DNA of 20,067 bases, taken from contig JAWXAY010000108.1 of assembly GCA_034439715.1 (NCBI GenBank), positions 1-20,067 on the forward strand, read 5' to 3'. Of the stretch, positions 8,084 through 15,703 are shown one piece after another. The DNA is from Pseudomonadota bacterium. GTDB taxonomy: Bacteria; Bdellovibrionota; Bdellovibrionia; Bdellovibrionales; SG-bin7. The notes under the pieces are model-generated. The model was given only the letters and a program-made list of their open reading frames with translations, was not told the DNA's origin and searched no databases. The position numbers and the translations under genes were made by a program. How positions within the stretch are numbered: the stretch's first letter is position 1; each line of letters begins with the position of its first letter.

Positions 8084-8233
8084 TTCGAGTGACCTTTTTG
8101 GCCAAAAACACCTGTACAAGATACAATCTGCAATGGGCGAGATTCCGGGTATATATTGTGTTTATTGTGTTTTTTGGTGCTGTATGGTAAGACTACGCGC
8201 GAGTAGATCGTTGTTTTTTTGAGGTCGTTTTGC

Positions 8234-8782
8234 ATGCTTGTAAATTTACATAAATATCTTAAACTGATACCTTTTCTGGCGCTCCTTGTTCTAGCGGTCG
8301 GAATGGGATGTTCTTCTTCTCATGACGAAGACGAGGGGTTTTCTTTAGTAGAACCCCGATTTAAATCCATTACTGAAAATATATTTGTTTCAAAGTGCGT
8401 CCATTGCCATGGCCCTCAAAAAAGCGAGAAGGGTATAGATTTATCGTCATATGAAAAAATATTTTCTGGCGCGGTTTTTCCTCCGCTAATTATTCCCGGA
8501 AATCCAGAAAAAAGCAGTCTATACAAAAGTGTGGCTGAGGGAAAAATGCCAAAAAATGAACCTTCATTGAACAAGAAGGAATTGAAGGCAATTTATAAAT
8601 GGATAAAAAATGGAGCGAAGAAAGAGGAGACGCCAGATTCGGACCCTCTACCTCTGCCGTCACCTACAGAACCCGAAACTGATGAACCAGGGACCGGTAC
8701 AGATGAGCCAGGAAGTAGCACACCAATCGTAGAATCATTTGAAAATAGTCAAAAATTTTTAAGTTTTTTAACCAAACCTTAA
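8234..8782 (+). CDS. Lipoprotein monoheme c-type cytochrome (Planctomycete cytochrome c-like domain)
   Basis: Lipobox-like VGMGC; heme motif CVHCH at 8396-8410; IDLSSYE, IIPGNPEKSSLY, GKMPK (likely axial Met) and IYKWIKNGA; acidic Pro-rich tail. ATG 8234 is preferred over TTG 8219 because GAGG lies 9 nt upstream. Confidence 0.88.
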   Translation: MLVNLHKYLKLIPFLALLVLAVGMGCSSSHDEDEGFSLVEPRFKSITENIFVSKCVHCHGPQKSEKGIDLSSYEKIFSGAVFPPLIIPGNPEKSSLYKSVAEGKMPKNEPSLNKKELKAIYKWIKNGAKKEETPDSDPLPLPSPTEPETDEPGTGTDEPGSSTPIVESFENSQKFLSFLTKP

Positions 8783-8791
8783 GGAGGTTTT

Positions 8792-9088
8792 ATGAGAAAG
8801 AAATTTATAGCATTGTTGCTAACGTCAGCGTTTCCCCTATTGGCATTTGGACATGGTAGCACCATTGATGCTGTCAATGACAGCGTAGTGGCGGTGTTAA
8901 AGACTTTTAAGGAAACTGAAACAGACGCTATTAAGGCTACATTTCGTGGTATAAAAGCGTGGCCAAAGGATGAGATGATTATGGCAAAAATTTATTTGTT
9001 GGAGGGTCAGGTCGAAAAATCCCTTAACTACATGTGCATGATGGATCATACTGGCGAAAATGATAAAATGGCCTGCCAAAAACAATAG
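8792..9088 (+). CDS. Small secreted Met/His/Cys-containing protein, candidate copper-binding protein
   Basis: Strong AAGGAGG Shine-Dalgarno; signal peptide ending AFG|, so the mature protein would start HGST; C-terminal YMCMMDH...MAC. Confidence 0.8.
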   Translation: MRKKFIALLLTSAFPLLAFGHGSTIDAVNDSVVAVLKTFKETETDAIKATFRGIKAWPKDEMIMAKIYLLEGQVEKSLNYMCMMDHTGENDKMACQKQ

Positions 9089-9104
9089 TCTAATTAAATT
9101 TTTT

Positions 9105-9134
9105 AAACTGATACCCTTTGCTGGGTATCAGTTT
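9105..9134. terminator. Probable bidirectional intrinsic terminator
   Basis: Perfect 12-bp inverted repeat AAACTGATACCC-tttgct-GGGTATCAGTTT with A/T-rich flanks, between convergent stops at 9088 and 9151. Confidence 0.8.
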
Positions 9135-9150
9135 TTAAAAAACTACTCGA

Positions 9151-10005
9151 TTAAAAAGTAAAATTCTCTTTTGGAAAAGTCAGCCACGATTCCTTTTTCG
9201 GAAAGCCCTTGGGTCGATCTTCACTACCCCCAATGTCATGAATGTAGGCCGTCAACCCACAAATAAACGCATCAAAAGCTGCGGGCGTCTGAGATAATAC
9301 CTTGATATCCTGGTCATAAACAAAAACCAAACCACTATCGACAATTTTTTTTATAATTTGAAGGCGATTGCTCTCGCCTTCCACTGAATGCTTATGAAAA
9401 TTAAACATCGACTTTGAGATATCCAGCTTTTGACCAATTCGCCACAAAGACAATTCGGGATAAACCTCAATTGTCGGAACCTTTATCCGACGTAAGATAA
9501 ATTGGGCCCGCGAAGCGAGTGGAGCCATGTTAGAGCCCAAGGCTTCAGGCGGATGAAAAGCTTTTTCATATTCAGACGCAACATGTAGTTCGGTACAGCG
9601 CTGAGTATAAGGCACAAACTGGCGCGGAGGTTTTTTTTGCTTTCCATGTTTCTTAAACCAATTCCACATCCACTTTATCTCAGGTTCGCCACACTTTTCA
9701 TAACCCGGGCACTTCAATTCACAAATTATACACTTAGGAAGGGAGAGTGGCGCATCCATGCTCAAAAGATCAATGGGACTTTCGCCTATAGTTAATAGCT
9801 CATGCAAAACCAAATCAGCCGATTTATCTTTTTTACCGCCTAGGCCCAAATGAATTCTACTTAAAAATACTTTCTTGTGTTTGGGATAATATTCTAGAAC
9901 TGCAACAACTGTGTTGTCCGTTTTGGCGCCGCCTAGGTGCAGACCCAAAAACCTTTTGATTAAAAACTCTCGTGGACTAGGGCGATTGATTTTTCTCTTA
10001 GCCAT
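9151..10005 (-). CDS. DUF429-like RNase H-fold protein with a Cys4 insert
   Basis: FLGLHLGG (strand 1), MDAPLSLP, TQRCTE, IEVYPELSL and FDAFICGL follow the DUF429 pattern; overlaps the kinase gene by 8 nt. Confidence 0.75.
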   Translation of the reverse strand: MAKRKINRPSPREFLIKRFLGLHLGGAKTDNTVVAVLEYYPKHKKVFLSRIHLGLGGKKDKSADLVLHELLTIGESPIDLLSMDAPLSLPKCIICELKCPGYEKCGEPEIKWMWNWFKKHGKQKKPPRQFVPYTQRCTELHVASEYEKAFHPPEALGSNMAPLASRAQFILRRIKVPTIEVYPELSLWRIGQKLDISKSMFNFHKHSVEGESNRLQIIKKIVDSGLVFVYDQDIKVLSQTPAAFDAFICGLTAYIHDIGGSEDRPKGFPKKESWLTFPKENFTF

Positions 10006-10993
10006 TGTATATAGACACGTCTAATACTTTCATGCCCTGTTCCTTTAATCTCGCGCTTACTTCTTTCTTTTTCTCTGGTGCCCACACCATCACACAACCG
10101 CCACCGCCTGCGCCGCAGATCTTAATCGCTTCCGCTCCCGACATCAGCGCCAATTTTTCTAGAATTTCTATCTCGGGACTCAAAAAAAGAGGAGTTAATT
10201 CAACTCTAGCCTGATACTCTCTCCTAAAAATATCCGAGAGCTTTTCATAATCTTGATCCAGCAACACAGATCTCAAATCTAATGTCACATCACGAATTTT
10301 TTTTAAAGCAATCAAAGTAGTTTGCTTGCCTTCGACGGCAAGCTTGCAAACTTCAAAATTATTTATCCCGCTATTATGAGGCTTACCCGTATAAACCAAA
10401 ATCGCATTTTCATTAAAAACAGCCTCAGGAAATTTAGAATTTGAAACTTTAAAACCATCATGTGAAAATTCAATGATATTTAATCCTGGAGATATCGCCG
10501 CAACGTAGTCTTGTATCCCAGTAGGAGTCCGCAATATTTCTGCTTCAATATTATGAGCAGCCTCAACCATGGAGTACAAATCAAACTTTCTGTTTATCGC
10601 CTCGGCAAATGTCTTCATGACCGAAATTGAAAGACTTGAACTACCGCCCAGTCCTCCCCCAATGGGACTCTCTGAGCGAGTGGTCAAATTAAAGCCAAAA
10701 GAGGGATTCCAATATTTAATGTGACATTTAAAGAAATTTAAAGCGGGGTCCTTGCTTAAATAGAGCTCTTCGATGGAATCAAACTCTTTTTTAAACTCCT
10801 GATCTTTACTCTCTATTGTTATTTTTTTGTCTTTCCTTTTCTCCAAATCACAATAAGTAAAAACACTTACCGAAACATTAATGGTGGCGCACTGGCCAAC
10901 AAAGGAATGCAGCGGCCAAAGATCCAGTGTTCCTCCAGCTAAATCCACTCGTGTTGCCGATCGCGCTGTATAGCTATTTGCGAAGTTGTTCAC
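9998..10993 (-). CDS. GHMP-family sugar kinase (HddA/heptose-7-phosphate kinase-like group)
   Basis: ATRVDLAGGTLD, PIGGGLGGSSS (ATP-binding loop), TGIQD and KICGAGGGGC; the GTG start overlaps the upstream TGA (GTGA). Confidence 0.9.
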   Translation of the reverse strand: MNNFANSYTARSATRVDLAGGTLDLWPLHSFVGQCATINVSVSVFTYCDLEKRKDKKITIESKDQEFKKEFDSIEELYLSKDPALNFFKCHIKYWNPSFGFNLTTRSESPIGGGLGGSSSLSISVMKTFAEAINRKFDLYSMVEAAHNIEAEILRTPTGIQDYVAAISPGLNIIEFSHDGFKVSNSKFPEAVFNENAILVYTGKPHNSGINNFEVCKLAVEGKQTTLIALKKIRDVTLDLRSVLLDQDYEKLSDIFRREYQARVELTPLFLSPEIEILEKLALMSGAEAIKICGAGGGGCVMVWAPEKKKEVSARLKEQGMKVLDVSIYNG

Positions 10994-12402
10994 AACGTCT
11001 TACCAGGCGCCTCAGGTTCGGGCTTTGGCTCTGATACTAATAGATTTTCACCGGGTATTTCATCGATACGATTGGCTTTGATGGCTAGTACCTCATTACT
11101 TAAGTTAGTTCTCACAAAATAATAGTCATCGCTTCCCTCACGAAATTTCTCGCCCCAAATCACGTCTAAAATCAATTTGCCATTGGCGTCCTTTAACAAG
11201 ATTTGTGCCTTTGGAGGATTCAAACCCCTGGGGCCTACTCCAGCAATAAATCTATCCGCACTTAACTCGCGAATTTTTGATATAAGCTCCTGCGCTTTTA
11301 AAACATCAAGCTCTTTGCCCTTAAATTCCTTTGTTGGCTCCCACTTATTGGCGTCGTTCTGAATCGAAAGGCGAAATTTATTGCGATCCACCTGCACCTG
11401 TTTGATTAGCTTCTCATCAAAGGTAAACGGAAACTTTCTGTCACGAAAATCGCTCAACTCTTTTTTTAAGATTGAAGTTCCCGCCGAAGCAGTTTCGTAA
11501 ATTACTTTTTTGTCGCTCGACATTAAAAAAACTTTGCCCGAGGATTCTTTGGACACAGTGAGGGTTACGTCCTTAGACTTTAGTGAATCCCCTTTTTTAT
11601 CTAAAAAACTAACGGTCAATTTTACCTCAGGCGTTGAAAGCCCAAACTTATTTAATTCTTGAGGCCCCGATGTTTCCGAAACGAACTCTCGTGCCTTAAT
11701 AAATTTTAGTCCATTTGCCATATCGGCAATAGCTGCAGGGTCAAGCTTTAGGTTTTTATCTGCGGGATAAACCCAAACTTCGCCTGATTTTTCAAAAGAG
11801 ATTGGTTTTTTACCTTTCACCTCGAGATTCATAACTGTGGGCTGGATGTTTTCAGGCAAGATGTCTTTACTTCGCAGCTCTTTAACGGGTTTTTCTAACA
11901 AATCTCCAAAATTATTGCTCGCCAGATAAATCTTTGGCCCTCCGTCGACCTTAATATGATAATTTCGCCCGTCAAAACTTTTTTCGCGGCTAATATAAAA
12001 TCGATAGGTCTTTTGTGCGCTCTTTAACTCAATCCATCCTGCGGGATTATCTAAGCCAAATGTTTTAACATCGGGATCGGTCCCATCCTCATTTTTAAGT
12101 TCCGTTTCTTTGTCTCCAATTAGATTTCGAATGGCATTTTCTATATTAAAACGGTCTCCATAGTCTTCAATTGGGGATGTCATCATCCAAATACCATCTT
12201 TTTTAATAAAGCTTTTTTTATCTTTCCCCTTAACGATGTTTAACTCGCTAATATCGCCGTCTTTGACTTCACTCAATAGATTGACGGTGTTGGCCTCCTG
12301 GCCATCTTCCTTTTGCGCTTTTTTAAATTCAAAAAAATAGGTGTAGCTCACCAGTATCACCACGAGGCCCGCAAAAAAATAAGTTGAGCTAAACTTCTTC
12401 AC
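10990..12402 (-). CDS. DUF4340 domain-containing protein (membrane-anchored partner of GldG-like ABC systems)
   Basis: N-terminal transmembrane anchor; three repeats ending FGLDNP, FGLSTP and RGLNPP, with LRSKDIL and FRDRKFP linkers. GTG 12402 is preferred over 12423 (GTGA overlap with the upstream stop, GGAGG 5 nt upstream). Confidence 0.85.
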   Translation of the reverse strand: MKKFSSTYFFAGLVVILVSYTYFFEFKKAQKEDGQEANTVNLLSEVKDGDISELNIVKGKDKKSFIKKDGIWMMTSPIEDYGDRFNIENAIRNLIGDKETELKNEDGTDPDVKTFGLDNPAGWIELKSAQKTYRFYISREKSFDGRNYHIKVDGGPKIYLASNNFGDLLEKPVKELRSKDILPENIQPTVMNLEVKGKKPISFEKSGEVWVYPADKNLKLDPAAIADMANGLKFIKAREFVSETSGPQELNKFGLSTPEVKLTVSFLDKKGDSLKSKDVTLTVSKESSGKVFLMSSDKKVIYETASAGTSILKKELSDFRDRKFPFTFDEKLIKQVQVDRNKFRLSIQNDANKWEPTKEFKGKELDVLKAQELISKIRELSADRFIAGVGPRGLNPPKAQILLKDANGKLILDVIWGEKFREGSDDYYFVRTNLSNEVLAIKANRIDEIPGENLLVSEPKPEPEAPGKTL

Positions 12403-13955
12403 GCGCTCCTCCGCCTCCACCAAATAAGACCGCTGGCGAAAAAGAACAGTATCGCAATTGGAAAAAATATTCCATAGAACATAATGTTCGCTTGCATGCC
12501 AGTAATGGTAAAATTGGATCCCACGGGCGCCTTGGGCCGAATGCTAATAAGATCGGTGTCTTTCATAAGTGCAGCAAACGAATTTAAAACCACGTTTCGA
12601 TTTGCCTCCACACTCTCAAGCCCGCCTCCTATTAAAAACTCAACATCGGCAAATGCGACGATATTAAACTCTTTTAAGGGATTAGCTTTTGAAGCTTCAT
12701 CTAAAAAACCTTTTGAGGACATGACAACCACATGAGGTCCTCGCTCAACTTTTTCTTTGCTGAGATCAATTGTCTGCTCGGGCAATTTAGCAGTAGAAAT
12801 ACTCATTGGTCCCGTTTTAACAAGTTCTTCGACGGTTATTGAGGGAGTTAGCGACGCCGTTTTTTTGAGTGTCGAAGGCATTACAAAAATCATCCGCTCG
12901 TTCTCAGAATCCAAATCTTTGGTAATAGAGTTTGTTTTTGAAAATCCCGCGCCAGCCACATAGGCCATATTTTGGCGCTGACCTAAATCAATAACGTAAT
13001 TTGCAGAAAACTCAATTCCATATTTTTGCAGAAATCCTTTGAGATTATGTTTGTCTTCAGGATTTATAGCAATAAACAAAGACCCACCATTTTTTGTAAA
13101 GTTTGTTAGAAGATTCAACTCCCTTTCAAAAAACTCGCTTTTCGGCCCAATTATGGCAATGACCTTACAGTCATCAGGTAGTTTTTCAAGCTGACCTAAT
13201 GTCAGAGTTTTAATTTCGTAGCCACTATCCTCTAAGGCTTTCTTAAGCGCCGACGTATCGGCTTTGTTGGGTCCTTGGCTTTCGAGTGGAATTTCGCTTT
13301 GTCCCTGAAGGTAATAAAGAACCTTTTTAGGATGAGTAATCGCAATGAGGGAGTTGGTAACACCCTGCTCACTCAGTTCTTGGGCCTTGGCCTTTTGCCC
13401 TTTATAGACTACAAACGCTGCCGCCTGAGGTGTTGTGACACTAAAATCCTTGGCCAGGTTGGGCCAGGCCAAAACGTTTATGGCCTTATAGCTTATGCCA
13501 TTATGTTTATCTTGAAAAAGTTTTACCGTATCACGAAACCGCATTTTATCTTCCATCGCCTGAGGGTTTCGTGGATCAAAAAAAAGCTTAATCTCGATGT
13601 CGTCCTTAATTCCAGCAAGAATTTTGGCAGTTTGATCGGACAAGCTGTTTAGCTTTTCTTTAGTCAAATCAAAAGTCTTATTGTGCCTGACAGCCAAATA
13701 GTTAACTGACCCAACCAATGCGATCGCCAGGAGAATGAGGACACCCATATTCATACCGTGTTTTGTGGTCTTCATCGATAAAAAATCGAGGTAAAATGCC
13801 CTGTCGACAATAAAACTAATGAGAACTAAAATCGGACAAAGAACAATCGGTGCCCAAAGATACTGATGCCAAATGCCTAGCAACATCGTAAAAATTCCGA
13901 TGATTATTAAACAAAATGCGGCCAGTAGTAGTGAGCCAATACTAATACGACTCAT
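12399..13955 (-). CDS. GldG-family ABC transporter accessory protein
   Basis: Three N-terminal hydrophobic segments; VNYLAVRHNKTFDLTKEKLNSLSDQT, YYLQGQSE, IIGPKSEF, GGSLFIAINP and ISIRPK; C-terminal transmembrane helix followed by WWRRR. Confidence 0.9.
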   Translation of the reverse strand: MSRISIGSLLLAAFCLIIIGIFTMLLGIWHQYLWAPIVLCPILVLISFIVDRAFYLDFLSMKTTKHGMNMGVLILLAIALVGSVNYLAVRHNKTFDLTKEKLNSLSDQTAKILAGIKDDIEIKLFFDPRNPQAMEDKMRFRDTVKLFQDKHNGISYKAINVLAWPNLAKDFSVTTPQAAAFVVYKGQKAKAQELSEQGVTNSLIAITHPKKVLYYLQGQSEIPLESQGPNKADTSALKKALEDSGYEIKTLTLGQLEKLPDDCKVIAIIGPKSEFFERELNLLTNFTKNGGSLFIAINPEDKHNLKGFLQKYGIEFSANYVIDLGQRQNMAYVAGAGFSKTNSITKDLDSENERMIFVMPSTLKKTASLTPSITVEELVKTGPMSISTAKLPEQTIDLSKEKVERGPHVVVMSSKGFLDEASKANPLKEFNIVAFADVEFLIGGGLESVEANRNVVLNSFAALMKDTDLISIRPKAPVGSNFTITGMQANIMFYGIFFPIAILFFFASGLIWWRRRSA

Positions 13956-13958
13956 GAC

Positions 13959-14723
13959 TTACCTCCAACGATTCGACTCAACCACGCGTTGAGTGAGAAA
14001 ACAGTTTAAACCAATCACACTCAAGAAAAATACAATTGATGTGATCTTAACTATGCCCTTGGCAAAATTCTTAAAAAAATGTTCGCCAAGTGACAGATGC
14101 TCGAAAACGGCAACCCAAGAAGGGTCTTCCGCGATTTCGGCACCGGCACCCACGAACCAAAAGATCAAGTTAAACAATACTCCTATGATCACGGCCAAAA
14201 ACACCGAACTTGTGAGCGACGAGGCAAACATTCCAATGGCCACATAGGAGGCCACAAGTAGCATGAGACCAACATAGGTGGAGAAAAGCGGTCCCCAAGA
14301 AACCTCACCATAAAACGAGGTCACTAGCGGGTACATAAAGGAAACTCCCACCAAAACCCAAGCGGCCGCTGTTCCAGCAATAAACTTTCCAAGAACAATC
14401 TGAGTGGCATTGATAGGACTTGTCAGCAAGAGATCCATGGTATTGGCCCGCTTCTCCTCTGAAAAAAGCTTCATGGTAATGGCCGGGATTATAAAGAGTA
14501 AAATAAGATTTACAGTCGAGATGTGCATGCTAAAGACCTGATGCAGATTCATATCATGTTGCTGCATCATCATCATCTGTTGACTTTTCTTAATGAAATC
14601 TTTGAGAAAGGTCCCATACCAAACAGTCCAAATAAAAGCACATATTCCTGCCAAAATAAAAAATAGTGAATTAAACGTTAGCGCTCTAAAATCCCGCCAC
14701 GCAATGGTGCAAATGCCTCTCAT
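13959..14723 (-). CDS. ABC-2 type permease, GldF-like
   Basis: About six transmembrane segments; PAITMKLFSEEKRANTMDLLLTSPI...IVLGKF and IGMFASSLT; ATGA overlap with the ATPase gene. Confidence 0.92.
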   Translation of the reverse strand: MRGICTIAWRDFRALTFNSLFFILAGICAFIWTVWYGTFLKDFIKKSQQMMMMQQHDMNLHQVFSMHISTVNLILLFIIPAITMKLFSEEKRANTMDLLLTSPINATQIVLGKFIAGTAAAWVLVGVSFMYPLVTSFYGEVSWGPLFSTYVGLMLLVASYVAIGMFASSLTSSVFLAVIIGVLFNLIFWFVGAGAEIAEDPSWVAVFEHLSLGEHFFKNFAKGIVKITSIVFFLSVIGLNCFLTQRVVESNRWR

Positions 14724-15658
14724 GCTCTGGCTCCTTGTGACGAATCACTTGTTAACTTAATAAATATATCTTCGAGATTTAAATTATTGGCTCTAAATTC
14801 TGTGAGGCCCACTCCCTCATTGACAATGGCAGCTGAGATTTTTTCAAAACATTCCATGTTGGTCGCGTCAATCTCAATCGCCCCGAGTTCTTGTCCCTTA
14901 GAAACACCAACAACACCGACAATGTTTTTAACCATTGAGAGGACTTGGTCGCTGGGTCGTTTTACCTTTACATGAATGTGATAGCCTCCCTGCATTCTTT
15001 GGGATAGCCCCGCCAGCGTGTCCTCAGCCACAATGCGACCATTGTTGATGATAATGATGCGTTGGCAAGTAGCCTGCACTTCAGATAAGATGTGGGTTGA
15101 TAATATAATAGTGTGATGTCCGGCGAGCTCTTGAATGAGGTTTCTAATCTCAGACACTTGTTTTGGATCTAGTCCCACAGTTGGTTCATCGAGAATCAAT
15201 ATTTCAGGATTAGACACAATGGCCTGCGCAATTCCCACCCTCTGTCTAAATCCCTTAGAAAGATTTTGAATCAATCTATCAGCTACACCTTTTAAATTAG
15301 TTTTTTCTATGGCTCGATCTACGTTAGATTGGATTTGGTCGCGCGGTACTTTTTTAAGGTTGGCCACAAATTTTAGATAGTCACGAACAAACATATCACC
15401 ATAAACAGGCGGAAACTCTGGCAGGTATCCAATTTTTTCTTTGACCTCAATAGGATTTTCAAAAACATCATAGCCCGCCACCATCACTGAACCAGAACTT
15501 GGTGCCATGTAACCCGTGATGATCTTCATAGTCGTTGATTTTCCGGCTCCGTTGGGCCCTAGAAATCCAACAACTTCTCCTTTTTTAACAGAAAAACTGA
15601 GTCGATCAATAGCCTTGTGGGGGCCATAATTTTTTGTGAGTTCTCGTACTTCAATCAT
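14720..15658 (-). CDS. ABC transporter ATP-binding protein, GldA-like
   Basis: Walker A GPNGAGKST, signature LSKGFRQR, Walker B ILILDEPT, H-loop STH. ATG 15658 (MIEVRELTK) is preferred over 15691 because AAGGAG lies 6 nt upstream. Confidence 0.95.
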   Translation of the reverse strand: MIEVRELTKNYGPHKAIDRLSFSVKKGEVVGFLGPNGAGKSTTMKIITGYMAPSSGSVMVAGYDVFENPIEVKEKIGYLPEFPPVYGDMFVRDYLKFVANLKKVPRDQIQSNVDRAIEKTNLKGVADRLIQNLSKGFRQRVGIAQAIVSNPEILILDEPTVGLDPKQVSEIRNLIQELAGHHTIILSTHILSEVQATCQRIIIINNGRIVAEDTLAGLSQRMQGGYHIHVKVKRPSDQVLSMVKNIVGVVGVSKGQELGAIEIDATNMECFEKISAAIVNEGVGLTEFRANNLNLEDIFIKLTSDSSQGARA

Positions 15659-15703
15659 GTCACACTCCTTAAGGTCTAAGATTGGCGCCATCGCAAAAAA
15701 TCG

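Noticed and set aside
8259..9124. Direct repeat TTAAACTGATACC at 8259-8271 and 9103-9115, with similar following bases, as possible attachment sites
   Set aside because: The first copy is inside the cytochrome signal-peptide coding region, no integrase is present, and a 13-nt match is expected by chance in 20 kb of AT-rich DNA.
14520..14585. Met/Gln/His-rich loop QQMMMMQQHDMNLH in the permease as a copper-binding site tied to the oxidase module
   Set aside because: It is a short low-complexity loop in a separate transcription unit, with no other evidence for metal transport.
12399..15658. Calling the ABC cassette a gliding-motility machine (gldA/gldF/gldG)
   Set aside because: Homologous cassettes occur in many non-gliding bacteria and no other gld or type IX secretion genes are present, so gene symbols were withheld.
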